From an uncultured virus (IMG/VR IMGVR_UViG_3300018421_000009) (taxonomy: Duplodnaviria; Heunggongvirae; Uroviricota; Caudoviricetes): a stretch of DNA of 64,000 bases. Made by a program: the position numbers and the translations under genes. Location of the stretch: the IMG/VR virus record IMGVR_UViG_3300018421_000009, one strand, 5' to 3'. The notes beneath the pieces were generated by a model. The model did not search any database, was not told where the DNA came from, and worked only from the letters and a program-made list of their open reading frames with translations. The number at the start of each line of letters is the position of its first letter. The first letter of the stretch is position 1. Shown here piece after piece: positions 48,189 through 58,400 of this stretch.

Positions 48189-49084
48189 TGAAACGTTTGT
48201 TTGCCTTTGGATGTAGTTTTACAATGTATGCGTGGCCTACGTATGCAGATTTTCTTGGATACGAATTTGACCATTATGAAAATTGGGGATTTCCGGGTTT
48301 AGGAAATAGAGCAATAGCACAACGAGTAGCAGAATGTCATGCTAAAAATAAATTTACAAAAGACGATGTTGTAATTGTACAATGGAGTACACATACACGT
48401 AACGACTGGCATACATTTAGAAGTGCAAATTTTGAAAAAGGTAGAGGCGATCCTATTAGAAATACTGATGAAATAGGTTGGAAAACTAAAGGCAGTATTT
48501 TTAATTACATGAATAGAGAAATATGTTATAACGATCATTGGATTAATACTTTTTGGAATGAAGAAAGTTATTTTATGCACGGCATGAATAGCATTGCACT
48601 AGTACAAGGACTGCTAGAAAGCACAGGCTGTACTTGGCGTATGACTAGTATTGGAGAAATGAACAAGTTAGGTACTGATATGCCTGATGCTCCAGAGTTT
48701 GGCGAAAAGACACAAGAAACAGCAGATGTATTTGTTGACAATGAGCAGTTAAAAGTGTATAATAAATTGTTTAGTCATAAAAACTTTTTAGAACCTTTAG
48801 GATTATTTGCTTGGAAATTACCAGAAAAAACTTATAAATTTTGGGATCCAAAAAATAATGATTACTGGACAGAAATGCACCCAAGTCACTGGCAACATTG
48901 GGAGTATTTAAACACTGTACTAAAGCCAAGTTTGGGTCTTAATACAGAAAATAACGATAAACAATTACGTACAATGAAAAAATTAGATCAATTAAAAGAA
49001 GCAAATAGAGATCTTGTTAGTTTTGAAGAAGGTATTTTATCAAACATTGTCGAATATAAACACATTGGATATGTAGGATTTTAA
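48188..49084 (+). CDS. SGNH/GDSL-like hydrolase or acyltransferase, copy 2
   Basis: Tandem paralog with identical FGCSFTMYAWPTYADFL; EMHPS..QH. Confidence 0.6.
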   Translation: MKRLFAFGCSFTMYAWPTYADFLGYEFDHYENWGFPGLGNRAIAQRVAECHAKNKFTKDDVVIVQWSTHTRNDWHTFRSANFEKGRGDPIRNTDEIGWKTKGSIFNYMNREICYNDHWINTFWNEESYFMHGMNSIALVQGLLESTGCTWRMTSIGEMNKLGTDMPDAPEFGEKTQETADVFVDNEQLKVYNKLFSHKNFLEPLGLFAWKLPEKTYKFWDPKNNDYWTEMHPSHWQHWEYLNTVLKPSLGLNTENNDKQLRTMKKLDQLKEANRDLVSFEEGILSNIVEYKHIGYVGF

Positions 49085-49085
49085 A

Positions 49086-50900
49086 ATGAAGAAACCAGAT
49101 TTATGGATCGCCGCTATTGCAAGAGGACACAACGCAGGTGTTTGTCTTTTAAAAAATGGCGAAGTAGTATTTTCAATTGAAGAAGAAAGATTAAGTCGTC
49201 ACAAATACGATGGCGGACCATTGGCTTCTATGATTAAAATTTTAGAGTATACAGATAAGTTAGATTATCTAGTTGTAGCACATACACAAAGTTTAGAACA
49301 TACAGCAGGTAAAATTGATTTTACAGGCGACGATATGTATACAGGTTTAGCACGTAAACTTGGTTTAATTAGCAGAGACCCTAAACTATTACCTAAGCAT
49401 CCTCAGGTAATTGATGCAAGTCGTTATCATCATCAATGTCATGCGGCACTTGCATTTTATAATTCAGGATTCAAAGATGCTGTTGCTGTTATTGTCGACG
49501 GAGCCGGCACTTTTTTTGATGCACATCTAGAAGGTGAACACAACCCTCCGACAACATTATGGGAAACAGAAAGTTTTTATAATTGTTCTTATCCTCATAC
49601 CTTTGATCTGTTATATAAACATTTAGGAACAAGAGGTCCTTTGGTTGGTGCTGAGTTTGCTGACTTTGATGGCGGATTCTTCGGTCAAAAAAGTTCTATT
49701 CCTAAAGTAGTAATTTCAGAAACTGCTGGTATTGTTAAGACATACGAAGCAGTAACAGACTACTGCGGATTTAGTTTTATCGAAGCAGGAAAGACTATGG
49801 GACTATTTCCATATGGTGAAGAAAACAACGAAAACATTCCGCAACTTTTTACAAGTAACCAAACAAGTGCATTGTCAAATAGAAATGTAATTATTCCAAC
49901 ATATCCTAATGGCGCATATGTTAATAGAAACTACTTTGAAACGCTTCGTGATAGACAAGGTCAAGAAGAAGATGTAACACTTCTTAAAAATAGAAGAGAT
50001 ATGGCGTATGCTGTACAAACTCAAACACAAAAACAAGTTGCTAACTTAATTCGTGAAGCAGTTAAAATGTCTGGCAATAAAAATGTTGTTATTTCCGGAG
50101 GATACGGATTAAATTGTGTTGCAAATTACTATTACTTAAAAGAATTAGAAGATGAGGGCCTCAACATTTACGTAGAACCTGTTTCAAATGATGCAGGTAC
50201 AGCAATGGGTGCGGCACTGATGCAACATAGAATGGTAACACAAGATACAACAGTACCTTCACAAAAAGAAACATTGTATAACGGACCTGCATATTGTTAT
50301 TCGGATACAGAAATCCATAATATTGCAGAACAGTATGATGCTGTAGTGTCAGATGCTACACACGACAATGTTGTAGACTTAATTTCTAATAGAAATATTG
50401 TTGCTATTTTCCAAGGTCGAAGCGAAAACGGTCCTAGAGCATTAGGTAACAGAAGTTTCTTATACGATCCAACAGATCCGAATGGTAAAGATCACGTTAA
50501 CAAAGTCAAACGTAGAGAATATTTTCGTCCATTTGCAGGTAGTATCTTAGAAGAAGATGTACATGAGTGGTTTGATCTACGTGGCATGAAGTCATCACCT
50601 ACAATGATGTATGCTGTAAACTGTCAGCCAGGTATTGAAGAAAAGATTCCTGCTATTATTCACGTAGACGGAACCTGCAGAATCCAGACTGTTAACGAAA
50701 AACAGAACCCACATTACTATAATCTAATCAAAGCATTTAAGGAAAAAACAGGTATTCCTATGGTGTTTAATACTAGTTTTAATTTAGGCGGAGACCCATT
50801 GGTAGAAACACTAGATCATGCTGTTGCGACCCTTGCTAAAAGTGACGTAGAATACCTATATTTGCCAGAATATAACAAGTTAATTACAGTTAAAAATTAA
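49086..50900 (+). CDS. O-carbamoyltransferase (NodU/CmcH/TobZ family)
   Basis: GHNAG, EEERLSR.K, HHQCHA, VDGAG, SGG..LNC, NDAG.A.GAA, GRSE.GPRALGNRS, RE.FRPFA, HVDGT.R.QTV, NTSFN. Confidence 0.93.
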   Translation: MKKPDLWIAAIARGHNAGVCLLKNGEVVFSIEEERLSRHKYDGGPLASMIKILEYTDKLDYLVVAHTQSLEHTAGKIDFTGDDMYTGLARKLGLISRDPKLLPKHPQVIDASRYHHQCHAALAFYNSGFKDAVAVIVDGAGTFFDAHLEGEHNPPTTLWETESFYNCSYPHTFDLLYKHLGTRGPLVGAEFADFDGGFFGQKSSIPKVVISETAGIVKTYEAVTDYCGFSFIEAGKTMGLFPYGEENNENIPQLFTSNQTSALSNRNVIIPTYPNGAYVNRNYFETLRDRQGQEEDVTLLKNRRDMAYAVQTQTQKQVANLIREAVKMSGNKNVVISGGYGLNCVANYYYLKELEDEGLNIYVEPVSNDAGTAMGAALMQHRMVTQDTTVPSQKETLYNGPAYCYSDTEIHNIAEQYDAVVSDATHDNVVDLISNRNIVAIFQGRSENGPRALGNRSFLYDPTDPNGKDHVNKVKRREYFRPFAGSILEEDVHEWFDLRGMKSSPTMMYAVNCQPGIEEKIPAIIHVDGTCRIQTVNEKQNPHYYNLIKAFKEKTGIPMVFNTSFNLGGDPLVETLDHAVATLAKSDVEYLYLPEYNKLITVKN

Positions 50901-50937
50901 ATCCTCTTAGGCGATAAATACTACAAAGAGGACTGAA

Positions 50938-51357
50938 ATGTTTGATATAAGAAAATTTTTTGGCAAAGGTTTAAAGAATACAGTATTATTAAAGAACGGC
51001 ACTAATTTCAGTTACCACGGACCATGGAAGAAAATTACTGAAGATACAGTATTAGATCGATGGTTAGTTGGTGATTTTTGTGCCGCTGAATATACTATTG
51101 TAGCAGATCTGTCCACCTTCCAAAAAGAAATTATCAAGTGTCTAGTAGTTGCCGGGCCTAGTACTGCTGAATTAGTGGTATACGGTAGATCAAATCTTGG
51201 AAATCAAATTATAGATTTATCAGTAAATGTTAATGATAGTTATGTTAACGTTATCTGTAATGCAAAACCATTAGATGATTCTGCTCCAGGACGCGGCGCT
51301 AAAGTTGTTTTTAGTGCAAACTACTTCCAAACACAAAACGTTTTAGTGCCGGCATAA
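50938..51357 (+). CDS. Small structural protein (beta-sandwich)
   Basis: Late promoter at 50916; LDRW.....AAEY.I pattern of fibre terminal domains. Confidence 0.6.
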   Translation: MFDIRKFFGKGLKNTVLLKNGTNFSYHGPWKKITEDTVLDRWLVGDFCAAEYTIVADLSTFQKEIIKCLVVAGPSTAELVVYGRSNLGNQIIDLSVNVNDSYVNVICNAKPLDDSAPGRGAKVVFSANYFQTQNVLVPA

Positions 51358-51392
51358 AATTGTGATAAATATGCATAACTGGAGCAACATTA

Positions 51393-52442
51393 ATGGCTGT
51401 AACTTATAATCCTTTTGAGTCAGAATACGGGTTTAAAAGTCCGGGATTCATTGTCGACGACGAAGGCAACGTAACTGTAAAAAGTTTAACTTACCTTGTT
51501 ACAGAAGAAGAAGTAGTTGCAGATCGACTTTACTTTAATCAAGAAGGTACAGGCAGTTCGTCTTATTTTACACAAGACGGTGTACTAACACCTGGCTCAG
51601 ATGTATTAGCACCAAATCCAACACTGTCGTTTACTAGAGGTGATACGTACAGTTTTAATCTAAACAATTTTGGATACTTAACTTGGAATATTTGGCAAGA
51701 AGATCCAAACGGAAATTCGCAAACTACAATTACTGTAGGCTCAGAAACTATTCCAGTAATTTTATATAACGAAGGTATTACTTATAAAATATCAGATGAC
51801 GATACACAAGTACTAGGTGGATTGTCTGCACAAGGTAAAAATACAGGAGTATTTTTCTTTGAAGTTCCACCATTAGCACCAGATAGATTGTATTATGGTA
51901 ATGGTACTGGTGCTCCATACGGTATTATTAATACAGCAGATCCAACTATTACTGGTGTAGGTAGTTTTAGTTCCTTAAATGTTATCGGCGATGCAACCTT
52001 TAGAGGCCAAGATGCAGAAATTACTATTGCCCCACAAGGAGCATATGGAACTGTAACTATTAATCCGCAAGGTGCTGGAACAATTAATAATATGTATGCT
52101 AGTGTTTTAACATTAACAGCAACAGAAACAGTTAATTTAAGTCCGGTAAATCAAAATGTTACTATTAGTCCTAGCGGTTCGGGGAAACTAGTATTATCAT
52201 CAGGTGTAGAAGGGACTATGGAAAATATTGCTATTGGCCAAACGTCACCACAGGATGCCTCGTTCAAGGCTCTAAATGCCGAGAATGGGTTAAATAATAC
52301 AGTTATTGGGAACGTTGTTCCTCAAGCGGCAACATTTACACAAGTAACAGGAAAGAATGCACCAGTGAGCGGAAAACACTTAACAAACAAACAGTATGTA
52401 GACAATACAGTAGCCGCATTGGCTATTGCATTAGGAGTATAA
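51393..52442 (+). CDS. Fibre/structural protein with degenerate cupredoxin-like domain
   Basis: NPTL.F.RG.TY.F...F.VP..APDRLYY; IG...P..A.F repeats; TNKQYVD...AALAIALGV. Confidence 0.7.
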   Translation: MAVTYNPFESEYGFKSPGFIVDDEGNVTVKSLTYLVTEEEVVADRLYFNQEGTGSSSYFTQDGVLTPGSDVLAPNPTLSFTRGDTYSFNLNNFGYLTWNIWQEDPNGNSQTTITVGSETIPVILYNEGITYKISDDDTQVLGGLSAQGKNTGVFFFEVPPLAPDRLYYGNGTGAPYGIINTADPTITGVGSFSSLNVIGDATFRGQDAEITIAPQGAYGTVTINPQGAGTINNMYASVLTLTATETVNLSPVNQNVTISPSGSGKLVLSSGVEGTMENIAIGQTSPQDASFKALNAENGLNNTVIGNVVPQAATFTQVTGKNAPVSGKHLTNKQYVDNTVAALAIALGV

Positions 52443-52448
52443 AGGCAG

Positions 52449-55400
52449 ATGGCAAAACGTAAAATTAACGATTATATATTTCACCAAGGTATTCCTTACA
52501 GCGAAAACTTGATGCCTAATGCCTATTGGCTAATTCAAAACAATGTTGAGTTTATTGTTGACGAAGTTCGCGAATGGATTAACTACAAGATTTTAAACGC
52601 AAATTCTTATACCCCAACTGATGTAGTTTATACACCAGGAACCGGTGTAATGGTAATAACAATCGGCACACACAATATTATTCCGGGTGATGCTATTAGA
52701 ATTGCTACAAACGGATTAACATTTACTTGTGCTAGAGATAATAATGCATCAACCCATTCTTATCCAAGAGCCACTGGCGTGCCTAATTCTACTGGACACG
52801 ATCCTTCATACGACACACCTGTAGAAGTTCTTGCTACAACAAGCACAACTATTACAGTTAATGTAGGTATTTCATCAGACAGTACTGTTCACACGTTTGT
52901 AGGAGCATTACCAAATGCTATCACAGACAACTTTGACGGCTATGTAAACGATAGCGACGACAAGTGTGAACGTGATATGCGTTATAACCTAATTGGCGGC
53001 GACGAATATAATACAGTTACAGATCAGCCAGGCGGTTTATTACACGATATAAGATATGGCGGTAACGAACAAGCACGTTATCTTGCTTCTAAATATTGGG
53101 ATAGAGCAATTCCACAAATTGACGGAGACCGCTGGCCTGAAAAAGCGGCAAAAGCCTTTGCTAGACTTTTAATTAACGATTACATTTTAACTAACACAGC
53201 ATTTCCATCAAGACAAAGTGTAACTACACAAACAATTAACAGTGAATACATTGCTGAATCAGGTGCAGGCGATCAAGTAACAAAAGTTCTTGTAGATACA
53301 ATTGGTAAAGTAATTGTAGAAGGTACTTCCTTTATGCCCGACCTAGAACACGCTAAAATTAGTAGATGTTTATTTCCAACAAAGGTCACGCAGGATAACT
53401 TATTATTAATTACAAATACTACAAACAATAATGTATTGTTTAACTTTAGTGATCCTTCAAAAGGTGCAAGTACAAAATATGTTTATGACAGTGTTGAATT
53501 TACACCAACATATGAATATTTTAGTAAGTTCTTAGAAACTACAGATACTATTACACAGGTTTTATTTGATGTTGATACTAGAAACAACGAGTATCTACCA
53601 AATTCTAGATCATTAATTGCTAATAACAAAGAATTTTTAAAAGACGAAGTACGTGCTTGGATTGCAGATAATGTAGCAAATGCTAGTGCGTTTACACCAA
53701 CTAATGTAGTTTACACACCTTTGACAGGTGTAATGGTAATTACACTAGGCGCAGGCCACGGTTTAGACACTGGAGATTATATTAGAATTGCTCCTAACAG
53801 TTTAACATTTACTTGTGCAATGGATAATCATGCTACAGAACATAACTATCCAAGAGCAAGTGGTTCAAATGCTCCAGGCGGACGCGATTATGCCTACGAT
53901 TCTGCGTTACCTATTTTAGCCGCAGACGCAACAACTGTTACAGTTAACGTAGGTGTTTCTACTAATAAGTCAGAACATATTTTTGTAGAAGCAGACACGA
54001 ATTCGGTTTATGATATTTGGTACAACTACACATACAATTCTGCTAAGTGTGAACGTGATACAGGTTTTAACTTAGATGCTATTGCACTTGATTTACAATA
54101 TGGCGGTAACACAAATGTTAGAGATACAGCATCTAAATATTGGGTAGGACCTACTCCACAAATTGACGGAAGTAGAGTACAAGAAATTAAAGCCAAAGAG
54201 TTTTTAAGAGATTTAATTAATAATTTCATTTTACCTAAATCAGTTTGGCCAACAAAGCAAACAGGAACTCCAGAAACAACACAATACTTTGGTAACGGTG
54301 TAGCAGAATTAGGAACTGGAGCAAGAATTACAGAATTAATTGGAATCATTACTACTGTAATTGAAAACGGATTAGGATTTTTACCGACCGAAGAACAGTC
54401 TACGATTTGGAGTGAAAACGATACTTTATCAATATTTGTTGACCAAGGTGATTTGAAAACAAGACCATATGACTTTGGTACTGACGCTATTGAAAGACAC
54501 AGAGTTGCAAACGCTCTATCAATGCTTGATGCTGACTTTGAGTATGGATTACAACCTACTAAGTGGCAGGCGATTGGTACAATGCGTGGTTATCCTTCAA
54601 CATACGAAGTACCAGGAACAGACACAGCAGTACAAGACGTAGTAACAGACGCATCAGATGGCTCAAGCGGAGTTGGTCAATCATTAATTACAGTTACAAC
54701 AGTTGGCCCACACGGTGTCGAACCAGGCCAACCTATTACTATTAGAGGTTTAGACGGTGCTGTACAAGGTAACGGTCGTGCTGAAGGTACATTTATTGTA
54801 AACACAGCACCAACTAATAATACATTCACTTACTATGCAAAAGCAAAAGTTGGTACAGTTGCTGGAACATCGTTAGTAACATTCTATACAATTTTAAGAC
54901 AAGCGGCATTTTATACAGGTGCTGATATTCAAGGTGATACTCCATCTTATGAAGTAACAACTCAAGGTTCAGCAGGCTCGTTTTCACTAGCACTTGGTTC
55001 TGCTTCAGGACAAGATAGACTAGCAATTCAAGGAAACCCACCAGAACTCGGTGCTCCACTTGTATCAACTAGTGGCGGTATTCCTTTAGGTTCTCAGGTA
55101 ACTGGTTCTGTGGGTGCAGGTGGAATTATTACAACACCAACTACAACGTCAGATACTCCACAGGGGTCGTTTACAATTGATGTAGAAAATGCTTCCGCAG
55201 TTGAGATTGGTTCTGCTGTCGATAGAGGTGATGCTACTGCGGCTTTCGTTACACAAGTTGTAGGAAATACATTAACAATTGACACTGCGACAACTAGAGA
55301 ATTGATTGGTAATAATGTTACGTACACAGGACTAACAGGAGCAAATGATAGTTCAATTGGTAACGGTGCTACATTTGATGTAACAAGAACAACTGGCGTA

Positions 55401-58400
55401 TACAATGTTACTATTGCCGACACTGGTCAAGATTATCAAATAGGTGACAACATTGTAATTAGCGGTGGTCAAGTTGGCGGAGCAGACGGAATAAATGATA
55501 TACGTATTATTATTGAAACTGTTGATACTGGAGGCGAAGTTTTAACATTCACTTTCTCAGGTGACGGCTTTGATGGCAACGGAACATTCTTTACACAGAG
55601 CGGAGAATTACAAGGCGGTACAGGTACTGGTGGTAATTTTGATGTTACATATACAAACAATGTATACACAGCAACAATTTCATCTCCAGATACATCCTCT
55701 GGTTACACAATCGGTGACGTATTAAGAATTGACGGTTTCGAACTAGGTGGTACTTCTGTAACTAACGATCTTACAATGACAGTTGACGCCATTGGTGTTG
55801 GTGGATCTATTACTAGTGTTGTAAGTTCAGGTACAGCAGTTGACGCAGATGTTTCTTATCCTTCGCCGACACGTACATCAAATACAGTTGCAGGTGTTGA
55901 TGCAGACTTTAACATTCAACGAATTGGAACTTCGTATTTTGTTACTATAACAAATGGCGGTTCAGGTTATTTGGCCGCTGAGACATTTACAGTACTTGGC
56001 TCAGAATTAGGTGGTACCGATGGTATTAACAATGCTACTGTTACTATTACATCAGTTGGTGTAAGTGGTGATATTACTGGCGCTTCAGTTGCTGGTACTG
56101 CGGCTAACACCAAAGCATATCCGGTAATCACTACAGCACAACGAGTTGTTGGTAATGGAGCAGAATTTACAGTTGATTTGGCAAACGGGACATATACATT
56201 AACATTAGAGTCAGCAGGACAAAACTATGGCGTTGACCAAGAACTTATTATTAGAGGTACAAATCTTGGAGGTGCAAGTCCTACTAATGACGTAACTATT
56301 ACAGTTACAGCAGTACAAGCCGACGGCGGAATTACTACATATACATTTGCTGGCACAGGTGCAACAGGTAGTGGAAGTTATAATGCAGTCATTGGACAAA
56401 ATGACTCTAACGCAGGATCTAATGCAGTATTTGACATAACACGAAGTGGTGGAAACTATACATTAGTGATAGCAACTGATGAAGGTAGTGGATATAAAGT
56501 AGGTGATAGAATTATTATCCCTGGAGACGAACTTGGAGGCGCAACACCTACAAACGATTTAACATTGCGTTGTACACTTGAGTCAACTGAAGGAAATTTT
56601 GTTGGTATTAGTGCTAGTGGTACAGCAGTTTCAGGCGACACTTTAGACCTTTATAGTTCTGTAACAATGTCAGAAGAAACTACTTCAACTATTGCACAGT
56701 CAACTGTTATTACGTACAGTGCATTAGCAAGTATTAGAATTACATTTAATACACCACACGGACTTGTTCCTGGTGATTCGTTTGCTGTTACAGTAGGATC
56801 AGACGACGGATCAAATAACCATGCACTTGCGGCTGGACCTTTTAGTGCAACAGCAGTTCCGAGTTTAACAACTTTAGAATATCAATGTAGATCGCCAGGC
56901 TTTATTGATACTGGTACAAACAACGATACTCCTATCATTGGTAACGTTTATCCAAGACCAGATTCGTTCTTTATTCACAGACCATATGACGGTGGTGTAC
57001 AGTTAGGAACGGGAGGACCGCAACACGGTGCTCAGGCAATTCGTCAGAGTAAAAAATACATTCGTTACCAATCAGGTAAGGGTATTATGTATACCACTGG
57101 TGCTCTATTTGCACCAAGTTACAATATTCTTAATATTACCTCTGACGGTACAGTTCCCGGTTCTACTATTACTGTTACTACAGATGAAACAGAACACGGT
57201 TTACAAGTTGGCGGTATAATTAAAATTATTGGTGTTGACACATTAGGATACAATGGAACATATACTGTTACAGATGTTAATGACGAAAACGAATTTGAAG
57301 TACTTGCACACACTACACTAGGATCAACTAATCCAGAACTAAGTTCAGAGTGTCAAGTATCATTAAGCAAGTTCCATGGTGCAACTGTGCGTTCAGGCGC
57401 ATTTGATGATCAAAATGGTATCTTCTTTGAATATGATGGTACACAATTTAGTGCTGTACAAAGAACTGCTACATTGCAGTTAGCAGGTGTTGTGGATATC
57501 GAAGTAGATGCAAACACTGTTACAGGTAGTGGAACAAGATTTAGAGAACAATTAAAAGCAGGCGACAGAATTGTGCTTAAAGGTATGACACACGTTGTAA
57601 CAAATGTTGTTAATAATACTACTATGTATGTTGCACCTGACTTCCGTGGTGTTACAGATGTTAGAGCAAGTAAGATTTGTTTGGTTAGAGACAAGAAAAC
57701 AGAACAAAAGAACTTTAACAAAGACCGAGGTGACGGTACTGGACCAAGCGGATACAACATTGACATCAGTAAGATGCAGATGGTTGGTATTCAGTATTCA
57801 TGGTATGGTGCTGGTTTTATTGACTATATGCTACGTGGTTCAAATGGTGAGTTTGTATTCATGCACAGAATGAGAAACTCAAACGTAAACACAGAAGCAT
57901 TTATGCGTACAGGTAATATGCCGGTGCGTTATGAAATTACCAATGAAGGACCAAGTGGCAAACTATCACAAGATATGGATGATTCACAGCAATTTATTCC
58001 ATTGCAAGAGGCTAGTTTCTTCCCACCAGATGGTGGCGTTGTTTACATTGATGGTGAAATGATTAGATTTACTGGTATAAGTGGTAAAAACTTAACTGGT
58101 TGTACTAGAGCCGCAACAATGACTAACTTTGCATCAGGTGCTACAAGAACATATTCCGGTGGTGGAGCAGAAGCACATACAAGAAACACAGGAGTTGTGT
58201 TAATTAGTAACACTGCTTCTCCAAATATTTCACACTGGGGTTCTGCATTTATTACAGATGGTGGTTTTGACAGTGATAGAGGATACTTATTCTCATACAA
58301 ATCAACCGGAGTTCAAGTTACTACAACAAGAACAACATCATTCTTGCTTAGACTAGCGCCATCAGTGTCCAACGCACTAGTTGGAGACTTAGGTGAACGT

